The position numbers and the translations under genes were made by a program. The notes below the pieces were generated by a model, which ran no database searches, was not told where the DNA came from, and was given only the letters and a program-made list of their open reading frames with translations. This document shows, in pieces, positions 23,262 through 37,400 of a DNA stretch of 64,000 nucleotides; the stretch's first letter is position 1, and each line of letters starts with the position of its first letter. Origin of the DNA: Eukaryota sp. TZLM1-RC (lineage: Eukaryota; Protista; Metamonada: BaSk clade); assembly GCA_040285825.1 (NCBI GenBank), contig JAUPSS010000007.1, positions 458,501 to 522,500 on the forward strand, written 5' to 3'.

Positions 23262-24809
23262 CGTGTTGCTATTTAAGTGAATAATGAAAATCTGCCCTCA
23301 TTCAAATACGGGAGCTCATAGAAGGAAAAAGCACTATTGAGTGTTTTTGGTTGAGTCTTAAAATGTGAATGTTCCAGCAAAAAATCCTTTTTTTCATAAT
23401 CTCTTGCATCAACCCATTCCTCCTATCTCACTTGCAGTTTTACCGTATTGAAAATAAAGTTCAAATTCTACAATGGGGCGGATTAAATTACGAGCCACCC
23501 AATTTATTATTCAATTACTGTTTTTAGTTTGATTAACGTTGGCATGAATTTTGTTTTAACAAAGAAAAATGGCAAATTGACTCTTCCATGTAAATTGACA
23601 CAACTCAACACGACAATTTTCTTACAAGCAAATACCTTTTTCACACAATATTCTTTACATTTCAGGGATCACCAATCTATAACGACTCAACCTTCTTTAT
23701 GCGAATTTGATAACAAAAATTAACTGGAAGCGGATCTGCAGCTTTTCAACAGGGTTTTGTGTTGAGTTTGAGACCTTTTTTTACCTCATATATGATGAAG
23801 AGCACTGTCGTTTTTGATCTAGGATGTTTCGAGTACATGAAAGTGTCAATTTACGTGTCAATGTACAATTTCTCTTAAAAAAATAATAGAACTTTTTACT
23901 CGATTTGAATCTTGCTGCTCCCTCAATACGTCGCTTTTGTAGCAACTATTCTTTTTTCATTTCCTTCTCACTTCTTTCTATTCCCTTCACAATCACCCAC
24001 TGATCTGTCGTAACATCAATGCTGCATCACTGGTTTTCATTACCAATTTTAACTCATATCCTTTTTTTGTTTTAATCTCCACTCTTTTGTTGATGATTTA
24101 ATCTATTCTGGTATGAGAAATCAACGTTTCACTAGCAATGTAATTGATTGAGAGGGCAAAAGATATTCTTCATACTTAACCGCTTGTTTATTCTCTACAT
24201 TGAAAAAACACTAGTAATCAACTGAACAAATATTGGCCAAGGTTAAAACAATCCAAAATATTGACTAAAGTAATGACTGGGGGCTTTCATTAGTACTGAA
24301 AGCATAATGTAAGCAATCCTAATCCTAGCTCATGACCGTCATGGATAGCTTAACGATAAGATGAGAACAACTCATCGTTTCATATGGCGTTATAGCACTG
24401 ATAAGGCTTTCAGCACACATTCTATAATCAGATTACATTTTCACTAAAAATATTTCAAGGTTATGACTAGAAAATTCAGTAAATTGAATAACAATTCATG
24501 TTACAAAATATTTTGATTTGCTAAAACTTTTTTCCCTTGAAGATATACTCCATTTATTCAATTTGCTATTTCGAACAGCAAGACAAAATTTTAATGTGAA
24601 TTTCCATACCATTGCGTATTCTGTGAGAATGATGATTGTGTGTTTTTCAAAGTATACTTTGCACAATTGATAACTTTCCTTAACCTTACAACCAGATATT
24701 CACAAACATCTTTTTTGTTTATATAACATGTACACTTAATGAAAATAATTCATAACTAATTGGACGAATAAAAAAATATCAAATCTTTTAACTGTATGTC
24801 CCTGAACCA

Positions 24810-24870
24810 TTTTTTGGAAGTCATTCAATACAGTTTCTGCTTCAACTGATAGTCTGCCGTTCATCGAAAA
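24810..24870 (-). mobile_element. Small internal remnant of REL non-LTR family D
   Basis: Matches ~51210-51268 (ggaagtc...gtttctgcttcaactgata..c.gccgttcatcgaaaa). Confidence 0.55.
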
Positions 24871-24933
24871 TCACAAACACTTCAATCAAGAAATCTTATT
24901 TTTATTACTTTGAGTTATTTACAACTTGTCACT

Positions 24934-25237
24934 TTTTTTGCTGTTTCTCTTTTTGGTAACATTGGAATATCAAATTTCTCGAAGGTTTCAGAAGTTTAAT
25001 AAAAGAAAGAGCGGGAAAAGAAATGATCTTCAATTTCTGGCACAACAGAATTGTTTTCAGTTTTCTTAAGGCATTTCCCGAAGTGATAACCAAAGCACTG
25101 TTACAATTAGTTATGGAATAGGAGAATCGCGCTTTGAAGAGGTTTGATGATGTTGATGCGTGTATTGAGGATATTGAGTTCTAGTTCTTTGTTTAGTTGT
25201 TTTGTTTGCGTTTGAAAACAAAAAAAATGAAAAAAAA
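24934..25237 (+). mobile_element. Severely 5'-truncated family C non-LTR insertion with poly(A) and 11-bp TSD
   Basis: Encodes ...FWHNRIVFS...DACIEDIEF*. A-tail at ~25220-25239. TSD AACTTGTCACT at 24923-24933 and 25238-25248. Confidence 0.85.
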
Positions 25238-25272
25238 AACTTGTCACTACATTCTATTCAAATACCCCAAAT

Positions 25273-25438
25273 TCAATTTGCCATTATTAATAGATTACCT
25301 CGGTTTTTCAATCGAATTAGAGAAGCTTTAGCTAGACAGCAAGCAGATCAAGATTTTGTAGAGGAAATCTTGGTTCAATGATATTTGTCCCATTAGTTAT
25401 GAGTTTATTTAATTAAGTGAGCAAATTCAATAAATACA
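25273..25438 (+). mobile_element. 166-bp 3' stub of a family D non-LTR element with a 13-bp TSD
   Basis: Matches the 3' end of 50981-51572 (QFAIINRLPRFFNRIREALARQQADQDFVEEILV plus 3' UTR). TSD AAATACCCCAAAT at 25260-25272 and 25439-25451. Confidence 0.85.
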
Positions 25439-25485
25439 AAATACCCCAAATCTTTCAATATTTCTAGCGATTACTCATTTCACCA

Positions 25486-28400
25486 ATGTCGATCTACTTC
25501 TTTGCGATAGGCGAAGATTGTAGGGATCGAGTAGAGGTTGTCTCGAGCTTAGCACAATGGAAACCACATCACTCCTATTTTGTTGAACGAGTTGGCTATA
25601 GCCGTGCTTTTTACAGATCTTTTTCATTCAATGAGGTTGTAAACTTCGAATACAAGTATGCAGAGTGTTATGAGCACAGCATCAAGTGGGAGGAAGGGAA
25701 CAACCGTTTGTTCCATGGTGTTCCATCCGCTCCCTTTGTTACTGATTTTTTTCGGTTTGATTCACAAAAACAGCTATCCCCCCTTGACTTTCTTTTCTCA
25801 ATAGCTGATCTCATCAATGCTGCTTCCTTCGACGGTGCTCCCAACACTGTTCTCAACAACGTTGTCCCTTCGTTTCTCCGTTTTTGTGATCATCACATTC
25901 AGTCTAACAGATTCCAGCCTGATCAAAACCTCATCTATGTTGTCAATACAATTCTCACCTTTATACCTACATCATTCCCTCCTCTTGGTCATCGGTTTCC
26001 TGACCTCTTGTTTCTTCTTACTGATGAGCACTTTCCACGTGTGATCTATCATTTGGATCTCTCAGTTTCTCATGATCTTCACCTCCTTAAACAGATACAC
26101 CATAGAATCTCATCAAATTCTCAACTTTGTAAATTTACTCTACCCAAATACAGAGTCCTCACCACTCCACAGATTGACAATGAAGTTGTTTCAATGTTTA
26201 CTCACTCATTTTCCGCTTCTATGCATGATGTTTCTCTTGTATCCAATATCTTGACTAATGACTTGGCATCACCTTTAGCTGTTGGTATTGGAAAATTGGT
26301 TTATGATTTGATTCCACATTTTTATTTGGCTTTGGAATTAAATCAATCAATTACTGATTGTTTATATCACCATCTTGGTCAGTTTAAAGTTGACTATTTA
26401 GCAAAATTTTTGTTCAAAAACTTCAGGACTGAAATTCTTGACAATTCTCAGTTGTTTGACCATACTATGTCTCGAATTATCAATGACGATCTAAGCCATT
26501 GCTATTTACTTTTGCTCTACAGTCACTTAAACAATAGTAAATTCTTAGAGGGTAGGTTGAGCCAATTGAAGTCCAGTCAAGTCTTTAGAATTCTTTTAGT
26601 TTTAATTGAGTATTTTGACCTATCATCAACAACAGTTTCCATAATCGAACGGTTGATTCATCAATCAAATCCGAGTGAACTCTACAAGTCACTTTCCCGC
26701 AAAGTAACTCAAGCCATATCTCCCCATCATCCCCAATCATTTTCTGGGTTTGGAAAGTATGCTAAAATTCTCAACGCATTGGCTGAACCTCTCCCTGATA
26801 ACAATTCTGTCATTGATTTAGGTAATCCTTTACTTAGATTCGCGTATGTTATTTTTTCAAAGGATTCATTACAATGCTTGGATGGTATTGTGGAAAGATT
26901 CGAAGAATTGAATGATTCTTTTGATGTAACCATCAATGAATTTAATTATTTGGATAATGGACATTTCCAGCAGCTTATTGATAATATTCCTCCCAGTTTA
27001 ACCGCTTTACACCATGTAGAACGAAGGATTTCATCCGAATTTAATACTATGCGAGATTCTATTAAGGCCAAAAGACAAGTAGTCAATTCTGTTCTCAATA
27101 TCGCACAAGCTCTTGGCCTCTGCACGATTGAAATTCGTGATTTAATTGCAAAGCTCAAGGACGGACATCTTTCTGCTAAGGTAGTACTTGAAATTCCTCC
27201 TTCTATGGTGGTATCAGATGTCGTTGCTTTAATTTCTGAATATATACAAGGTAATGGTGAAGTTGAATTATACAAAAGAACCAGTACCTTGCTTTCAAGT
27301 CATTTGTTTAAATATTACAGAGACAAAGTGTTGATTCAATACAATAGTCCCCCAAATTCTAGCCCTAGCCCTAACCCTAATCCAAGTGTTGTTATGGTTC
27401 AGGAGGTTTTGCAAAATGTACTTGTTTTTATTGGAAAATTGAACAGTGACAGAACACCTGTTGAGTCAATTGTACCTGTTTATGAATGCTTCACCCCCAA
27501 GCAGTTGGAGACTGAGATCAAGAAGCTTTCAGTTGTAAATAATTCCCTAACCAGAGAACCTTTGTTGAACCTTCAAGCTTGGAGTATGAGGGCACAGTGG
27601 AGTGATATTGTGGCCTTATTTTATGAAATTCAAAAAAATAACCCCAGACTCAATTTGAGACTTGATTTTGGATTGGAAATCCCCGCTTCTATTGAAGGGT
27701 TTACTCTTTTACAAGAGTTTCGTCAATTGTCTGAATCACTACAACAAGTTCGCATTCAAACTTGTGACCAATGCAATTTCGCCAATCCTCCACTCTACTT
27801 ACAATTACTAACGCTTCTGCTCAATGTTAATGAGCTTTATGATGTATTGGACAAGAGATCTGATATGGCGACAGATGTATTGATGTCAAAGCTGTTTTCT
27901 TCAGTGGTTACTTCTGATTCAACTAACAATAATTTCCTCAGATTACTTAATGATAGAGATAGTTTCTACCATATGGTTTTATTACCTTTATTTGTTTCAA
28001 CAGAGCCAATTACCCTAAGCGAGTTTTTAGTCATAGTTCATGAGTTTATTGTTACAAACGGTTTACACGATGCACAATTATTTACACAGTTCTGTGCTGA
28101 TTTCACTCAGGTCAAAGTTTCTGCTGCTATTATTGATGAAACAATTGCTAATGCAGGTAGCCAATCAGCATTACTTGAAATATTTTCCAAAACTGATTTT
28201 AATAGTGCAATGTTACTCTTTGATCTGGAAAATATTTCCGTCTCGCTTCGTGTAGTTACATTAGGTGATCAAAAAACTAAAATATTGACTGATAGATTTG
28301 AACATGCCAGAGCTGAAGCAATTCTCCAATCAAAAGAAACACTTAATCGTAATAATTCCAAAGAAGATAGTTCTTCTGTTGATTCTGATAAGCTTGAATT

Positions 28401-31400
28401 ATTTGAAAACATTTGCAGTGCTTGTGATTCAATATTAGTCATTAATAAGGAACTTCAAGATTTAGCCTACCCCTTAATACCTAATAACAATGGTCAAAAG
28501 CTGCAAGAAGTAGCAGTAATTGAAAATGATCAGTATCGAGGAGGCGAATCGTCCATTGGTGTTTTATCTTACAAAAATCAACAACAAAGGAAGCTTAACA
28601 GATGGAGAGGATTGATAGAAGATGCCCAATCTGGTCGATTCAAAGGATTTAATGCCCACGAAATTGTCAAATACATCCAGGGAAATGATGTTGATTTAAA
28701 GCATATATTTGGTACAATAGAACAAAGCAATGTTGTTTTTGATAGTAATAGTAGCCTTGAAAACATTTTACAAATGTTCAGCTGCAATGATTCCCCCCAG
28801 GATAATGGTGACATGACTTTTTCTTTAATTTATTACAAAAGCAAATCTTGCTCCCACCTTTTTATTGATCTTTTGAGCATAATGAGGGAGCATTCTGTTA
28901 ACCCCGATGTAAGATCAATTTTGTTATGTAACTCCGAAACTTCTTTGTCTACCTTGAAGGCTATTTTATTCGATAGTCTTGATGAAACTAGAATTGTCTT
29001 TGGAGTGAATACACTTTCTTACACTGTGTTTGAAGGCTTGGTTAGTTTTATTAATTCATCCAAACCCCAATTTAATGTCATATTCACAGGATGTAATGAT
29101 AGCTTACCCAATGCAGTTCCCCAGATTTTGGAATTTCCTGCTCCCAATGCGGACTTGATTGAATATTGCCAATCAATCAGCAAGGTCATTAGTTTGCTTC
29201 ATTCTGATTTCCCAGGACAAGGTAAAACTACGGTGGCCAGACAACATTGTAATGTTAGTCTTCAGCTTGCTGGTTTTATTACCAGAAAAGATACGCTCAA
29301 GGTTTTAAACAAGTTATCAGAAAGAAAGGCCAAGGTTATGTTGCATTTAAACATCCAAGAACCAATAGATGTAATGAAAGGCTTGTTTGATTTAAGTAAA
29401 TGGAATGGACACTCTCTTCATTTGGATAATGAAGACTTTTATAATTTATGTTTAGTGGTATTTTCCTTATCCTATTTACAAGGGTTGCGCCAAGATGGTG
29501 AATTGTTTTTGTTGAAAAATTACACCAAAATTTACATTGAATTACCATCTGTACGGCCAGACGAGTCATGGTTAGACATATTTGTGCAATCTGTTTTTCC
29601 CCATGCTAGTATAATCAAACATAACGTATCTTACCAGCCAGATGGTTATGTCCCTGTAGAAGAAGATGAAGTTTTAGGCGGTGAGGTTTTGAAGGCTTTG
29701 AAACTGTTACTACCTTCAGAGCAGCCATCTTTCCATATGTTATTTGACCGTGAATTTGCGGGTTTTGAACCTCCACATTGTGAATTCTGGTCATACAGGT
29801 TATTGACCTCTATCATTCGGTTTGCCGGTCGACAGTTGCTATATCTGAACAACGATGATCAGTTCAAGTGTATTGAAGACACTCAAGTTAATGACGGAGG
29901 CCACAAGGCAAGAAATCTGGCTCAAAAGAAGGATGCCACTTCTGTTCTTCTAGGATTCACACGCAAAGTCGTTACTTTGTCTACACCCCTCAAGAACCAA
30001 TCCCTTGAGGATACAGGTAGTTTGGTTATTAGTTGGCGCAATATGCGTCAGTTGATGCTGGGATATGGGTCTCAAGACCACAAACCAATCGTCGTACCTC
30101 AAGCTTTGACTACTTATGTTCCTCAGGCGTTAAAGGAGATGATTGCTGTACAAACACAAAAACCTCTAAATAGCTCTGACCTCCTTGTTGGTGCTGAAGT
30201 ACCTGAAGAAGAAGAGGACAAGAGAGCAATGTTGAGAAATTTCACGCATACTGATCCCTTCTTTGAAGCAGATTTGTTACAAACACAAAATTTGGAAAAT
30301 TTTGTGCTAACAAATGATAATTTTATGAAAATGTTGTTGCTGGCGCTTAGATTAAAGGCAAATATTCCCACTATTCTAGTAGGATCCGCTGGTGTTGGAA
30401 AGACTCATTTACTTAAATACCTTTGTTTTGTATTGTTTACACTAAGAAATGTACCCCAAAATGAAAATCAATTAAAACTTCAAAAACAGCGTATTAACTT
30501 GTTTCACGATATCAGTGTCAACGCTGGAACTTCGTTTGAAGAGATTAAAAGTGCCATTCAGAGTGTCAATAAATTGGCTCGTAATTTGGGTACACAATCT
30601 CCAGAAGGTCTTGTCCAAGGTGAGGAAAATGAATGTTTATTCCCGGTTTTGTTTTTGGATGAGGTTAATTCTAATGATTTTCTTGCTAAGATCTCATTCT
30701 TGATTACTAATCGTCGGTTTGATGGTGTCAAATTGGACAACAGGGTTCGTATCATTTGCGCCATTAACCCCTTTGTCAAGTCATGCATTGAAGGTAATTC
30801 CAAACTTTACAACGTGTGGGAGTGTCCCTTGTCTCTCAAACTTTATATGATGGATTTTGGTTCATTAAGTCAAGAAGACGAGAGAGTATATGTTTCTAAG
30901 ATTGCTCAAAAAGCCAACCTCCAACATAATGACATTCTTGCAGAAGTATTGGTCATGGTACATACACGGCTTACTGAAAAAACTTCTCACGGATTTGTTA
31001 GACCCAAGAACGTACCCTGGATGGTTTCACTTCGTGATGCGGTCAGAGTGACCAGAATTATTCAAAAATTAATTGATGTTTGTGGCAACTTAAAATCTGA
31101 CCATTTATTCAAAAGAGCTCTTTGTCCTGAAACCACATTTGATGCCAAAGAACGGACTAAGTTTATTTTTCTTTTAAGTATTTGGGCTTGTTATGTTCTA
31201 AGGGTTCCAAATACGAATCAACAATCATCAATGTTGAATGCCGTTAGTGAAAAGCTAAATATTGGTGTCAATCATCTCAATAACAGTCTCCATCATTTAT
31301 TCAAGTTGATTGATCCTAAGGCCACATTCAATGTAGTTCCAACTAAGTATTTCCTTGAAAACTCAATGGCTCTGTTTATTGCCATTCTCTCAAAAACACC

Positions 31401-34400
31401 AATCATTTTGATTGGACTTCCAGGCACTTCCAAGTCATTATCTTTGTCCATGCTTTTGACATATCTAACCACGGTCACAGATAGGTCCATTCACCGCCGC
31501 ATTGTGACATTATTACCCCATCATTATCAGGGGTCTCATTCCGCCACTACAGAATCAATTCAAAAAGTAGTCAACAGCATTAATGATGCCGAGGAAAGTA
31601 TACAATCCCGAAATGATGTTGTTCATGCATTGATTATGGATGAGATCAGTCTTCTTTTAGAAGCCCCTGCGAATCCTTTAAAGTGCTTACATACCGTCCT
31701 GGAACCTCGGGACACTCCCATACCAAAGTTTTCATTTGTTGGTATTTCGAATAATGAGTTTGATGCAGCACCATCATCGAGATCAATAGTTATACAACGG
31801 GATCAGCCTGGTATCAATGAGTTAGAAGAAATCATCAAGAAAATGGTTGGAGATGAAAACCTGAAAAACTCTATCAGTAAGTTAGTATCAGGATTACATA
31901 CTCGAATGAACCAACTAAAACGGAATTTCTTTGGTATGAGAGATTCTTATCAGCTGGCTAAATTCTTGGAACTGTATATTACACAAGATATGGAATCTCT
32001 ATTAGTGAGGTTAATGCGCGCGTATGGAGGGTTACCGGTTAAGAACAAATTGGTCAGGCTCATTCAGAAGCATTTTGTTGATACGATTGCACGAAAACAT
32101 TTCTGGCAAAACAGTGCTGTCACGGTTACCAAGGATTCATTACTGAATACCATTAGAACCGCCTTTGTACAATCATTTCGGGACAATAGCCCAACATCAA
32201 GGCATATTTTGGCGATCGGAAGTGTGGAATTAGTTGAGGCTATTGTTTCCAGTTCTGATAGGGCGCAAGATTTGGTTCACATTACAGGCAGTCAATTTAG
32301 AAAAGATGCATACAACTCTACTTCTTATAAGCAACTTTCGACAATAACTTCAGCGGTTAATAAAGGACAGCTTATACTGTTGCAGGGAACATCCCATTTG
32401 ATTGGGGCTCTGTTTGATATCCTTAACAAAAATTATGTCAAGGCGGAAGGAGAAAAAGGAATTGCCAGAATTGCACTTGGCACTGTTGCCAATCATTTGG
32501 TTGAGGTCCATAAGAATACAAAGGTTATAATTGTGGTTACAGAATCTGAATTGGCGAAAACACCAAAAGCATTATTAAACCGATTAGAGAAGTTTAATCT
32601 CACGGAACTTATTGCTGAACAATCCCATATTCCTGAGTACTTGAATTCTGAGTTTAATCGACTTGGATTACAATATACGTTGCCATCATTACATGATCAA
32701 TCCATCAATCAATTACGTCATAGCTTCCTTTCTCAGGTTCACTTGCTTGTTTTACCACAGGAAAAAGTTGACGAAATACTACTAGATCTTGCCAACCCGC
32801 TCCATTGTCTACAAGCAACCAATCAGGATGCGATTTTTGACCTTATTAACAACAACTGTGGTTATTTATCTTTAGAACAAGTTTTGAGGAAGAAATCTGC
32901 TGAGAATAAGGATGCAATATTTGTCATTGCATTATCTAATTACTTTGGTTCTGTTAACTTTGACATTGATCTTTATGATCATTGTGCGGTAACCTCAATT
33001 GGCTCTATTACGACCACAGATGAGCTGGTGTTCAAACTTGATCAAGAAGCCAAGAAACTCAAAAAAGATAGTAAAAACACTAGAAACTCGAAAAACAGAT
33101 GTCTATTTGTTGTGAGAATCGATGGGGAGGAATCAGTTCATTTTTACAACGTTATTTTGCAATTGGATTATATAGCAGCCAGCTACAATACTGCTGACTT
33201 TGCTCTTGACATTGCTGTATGTCTCATTAACCCTGTCGATTTCTATGTGTCCCCATTGAGAACACAACAAGGATCCTCATTGGTTTATGTGGATGCTGTC
33301 AATTATCAAAGCACCCTTGGTAATTTTTCCTCATTACAAGATTTGATAAACTTTGATATTAACAGATTAGATCAGTACAATCTGAGTGGAATTTTCAAAA
33401 ATTTGGTAATGAGAGTTTTTGTCACTCTAGATTTACCAAAACCGCTTCTGTCATTGACCCACTCATTTGTCCTTCGGTTGAGCCAATCTCCACATTCGTA
33501 TTTGCTTAATATATTCCAACGATTTATTGATCTAGACATTATCTCAGCTGATATTGATAATGTCATTTCTTATGAAACAACCAAAATTAAGGAGAGTACA
33601 GTTTCGGGTCTTTTAGAAAAATCTGTTTTTACCAAGTTTGAAACCAAAATTCGCAAATTTTTGATGACATTATTACCTTCTAATCTTTTGATCCCTTGTT
33701 GTCTTTCAGATGACGAGTTTGTTGATAGACTCAACTTGTGTCTTGATTCTTGTTTTGAACAGAAGAGACAAAGCAATGCTGTAAATCAACTATTGCCCGT
33801 GCAGCTTTCTTCCACAGGAGATTATCAAGCTTTGGGTAGTCACAGCACTATTCCATTTATTTATCATTTGTGTGCCATTCTAGATCATTGTATCAAACAA
33901 CAAATACCTGAAAACGAATGGAAGCAATACTTTAGCGTCTATTTGCCAATTGAAATTTGTGATATTTTTCATAATGCTGATCGCAATAATCTTATACGGG
34001 CGGTTTTAGGATATTTTTCCCACAGTCACGTTATATGTGAATACCTCATATCAAGAGGAGAATTTGCTAACGGTGATTTCTTTGACGTTGGTTGTCAAAT
34101 TTTGAAATTTTTGGTTGACCCCGACTCTATTCCACGATTGAGTGCCTTTGAATATTTCAAGACTTTCAATCCAAACGTTACTGTAGAATTTGATTCACTC
34201 GCTTCCACTGCTGTTTGTTTCTTGAGCGAAGAAGCAAAACCAGCCGTGGAAAATATCATTTCAACAGTGAATTTTAATGATATTAATAATTCCTTTTCAG
34301 CTATTTTATTAAATTGGCTTCGTGTTGGCCTTGCCCATGATTGTGCAAGTGATTTGATTTGTGCTAATGAAATTACTTCCATGGAGGATTTAAAACAAAG

Positions 34401-37400
34401 TTTAGGCCTTTTTATTTCGGATATTACTCCAAATCGGACAAAATTATTTGGCGCAATTATTCAGTATATTGACACTGAAACTTTACAGTATTTGATCCTT
34501 TCTTGTCCTACACCTGAGCTTTGTGGCCAAATATTGACACTTTATTTTGATTTGAAAATCTCCCAAATTTTGGAAACAAGGGACCATTTATTTAGCTTCA
34601 TTGATGACGTTACTGCTCACTGTGGGCCTTTATTTGAACTCAACCACAACGGAAATGAACAAAAGTTTATGCAGAAGTACGCATTTATCACCTCATCTCT
34701 TGGAACTACTTTTAGATTCAAATATCCTGATCAATGGAAAACTGAAAATTTGGGGGTCATCGTTGACCGTATTAGCCAAGCTTCTCATCTTTGTACGTTA
34801 ACATTGTTATCTACTGCTTATTACGTTGTGCTTGATTTTTTACTGGAAAATAATTCCCCATTACCCATTCAAGTTATTCAGTTTTCTCTGGACATTGGCG
34901 AACCCACCAAACTCTATGGTGCTCAATCTTTGTTATTAAAAAATTTATTAGCTGGATACTCTGAAGCAGAAGTTTCTGAAAAATTGGTTGACCTTATTCA
35001 AAATTCTATTGGATCACGAACAGAAAAAGAGGAAATTTTGAAACTTTTAACCTTTAATGATCCCTTCTTTTCTCCTTTATTTCACGATACTGATTGGTCT
35101 GAAGATCCGGAGTTGATGAGCCAAATTGAAGCTGTCAAAGCAGGCAGATTTTCCTTATCAGATCCAATTAATGGAACTCAATTAAAAACAATATTAGCTG
35201 TCAAAGACTTGAATATTCTCAGAGCCAATGAAGTTATTGCTGAATTTTGTTCAAACTTCAATGAATATAGGTACCTTCTCGTTTGTGTCGCTGAAACGCT
35301 TTCCATTCCTGTGTTTGATGACTTTTTAAAACTTGATTTTACTCAATTGGATCGTTCAATTATTCCAACATTACTACCCCATTCTGCGATAGCCAAGTAC
35401 TATTTCACTTCAGATCCAAATGCTAGATCAATTGTTTATTGCGCTAATTGTTTTGCTAGAATTGCAACTACTGCTACTGGTACAATTACTCATATTCCGC
35501 CTGGAAAACTTGCTGGGTCAGTTACAGACAGATTTTGTCCACAAAGTTCAGGATGCCAAGGGTTCAATCGACAAGAAGTTGGTGATTACAGACAATACAA
35601 TGATTGGTTGTTGAATGCCACAGTTTCTAACTGGAGTTCTGGAGTTGTGCATCTCAATACTGAAGTGTTGAATTTCTCCGATGATTTCAAAGTTGTTTTG
35701 AATATTCAGGATACAGAAAGTTATTTAGTTGGCCACTGCTTGGTCATTTGTCTATTAATTGCAAAGAATCTGATTGACTTTAATTTTGCTATTTACCTTT
35801 GTTATAAACTAGAGGAAGATAATCCAGTTGCTTATCTCCGTGATTCTCTCTACAAATGTTTAGCTTCATATGCCCAACTTTTAGGAATCAAAACCGTTCC
35901 AGAAGCTGCTAATATTTTAGCCAACAAAATTAGACAATTTGTCAGGTTCAACCAGTCTTTTGTTTGTTCAAATTTTGGAAATAGAATGAATTTGGAACAT
36001 CAACTATACGACTTTATCAAAAGTTTACCAAATGAACCTCTGCCTAAAGCACGAATTCAAGTCCTAAGTGTGGCTCAAAATCTTGTTCAATTATCACCAG
36101 AATCTTTAGTAAGTTCAGGTTTAACTACAGAAGCTATTACGTCAATTATTGCTACTCTCACTCCAATTACCCCGCCTCCTGACAGAGGTCTTCCTCTTCC
36201 AGATATTGATGATTTGAGCGAAGAAGAATCTATATTTGACATTAACCAAAACGATAGGGTTTATCTCGTGGCTGCTGCTTATTTACCACCATTATTACAG
36301 TTTATTTCCAAGGCACGGGCTTTTGCTTCTCAATATCTTGAAAATCAAGTGTCGAGAATGAGAATTTCTGATTTTGTCAATAATGGCAATTCTCAAATTT
36401 TCACGGAGTTTAACCATAATTTCCGAAGATTCTACCAAATTTTACAATCTAAAAATTTGCATCGATTAAGAGTTGGCAACAGAGCTGTTCACTTACCATA
36501 CGAATTCAATCTTCATCAAAATTTGAAACATATCTTGTTAGATGACGCTCAATCATGCTCACTGTTCCCCTTCATCAATACCATCATTACGAGACATAAT
36601 AGAATCACAAAGTTATTTTCTCTTACCACCAAGTCAATTTTTGAATTTAATGATCAATCATTTTCTGAGGTTCAAGTTACTGAAAAGTCAATGTTTTTGC
36701 ATCCATTTTCAAACAGCTTTGTCAATTCTGATCTCGTTTATCTTGGCTTGCTTATCAAGAATTCGGTCAGAAATTATATATCTGAGATCACAAAAACCAA
36801 CTACAAACTTTCCAACACAAGTGATCTATATTCACTTGTTCCAGAAGTTAGCCAAATTCTGGGATATATGACACGTGATTCAATCGATACCTACGATAAT
36901 CATAACCTTAAATATTCTTTACAATCGCTTGATTTCAAGTCAAAATTAAATAACTACAGCAGTTTGGCGATTATTTTACACACAATTCGATTGATTGAGC
37001 AAGTTGAAAATCCAGAAATTTCTATTTCTCAGTTTATTGAGGCTAATGCTTTGACCAGTAACTTTGATTCTTGTTTTACAAAAACATTTGGAGGAATGGC
37101 ACTATTAGAAGTTCCTTCATTAATGTCAGCAGTGGAATCATCATTTTCAATCAAGGATTTAGTCGACAATGTTGACCCGGAAATTGTCAATCAACAGGCT
37201 GCAATTCCATGGGAATTGACCCAAAAAATTGTTAATTTGGCTGAGAGTGATGCTAAAATACTGTTCCATCAATTAAAAGCTTTTGTTTTGCGAAAAATTC
37301 TGACTGGTAGTATTCAAAAATCTCAATTACAGTCGAAGATCGGAGATCTGTGCATTTATTCTGGTCCTTATTCAGAGGATCATGAAGTCACGTCATTGTT

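Noticed and set aside
27361-27383. Telomere-like CCCTAG/CCCTAA run inside the RNF213-like CDS
   Set aside because: It encodes an in-frame SPSPNPNP linker and is too short to separate from codon-level slippage.
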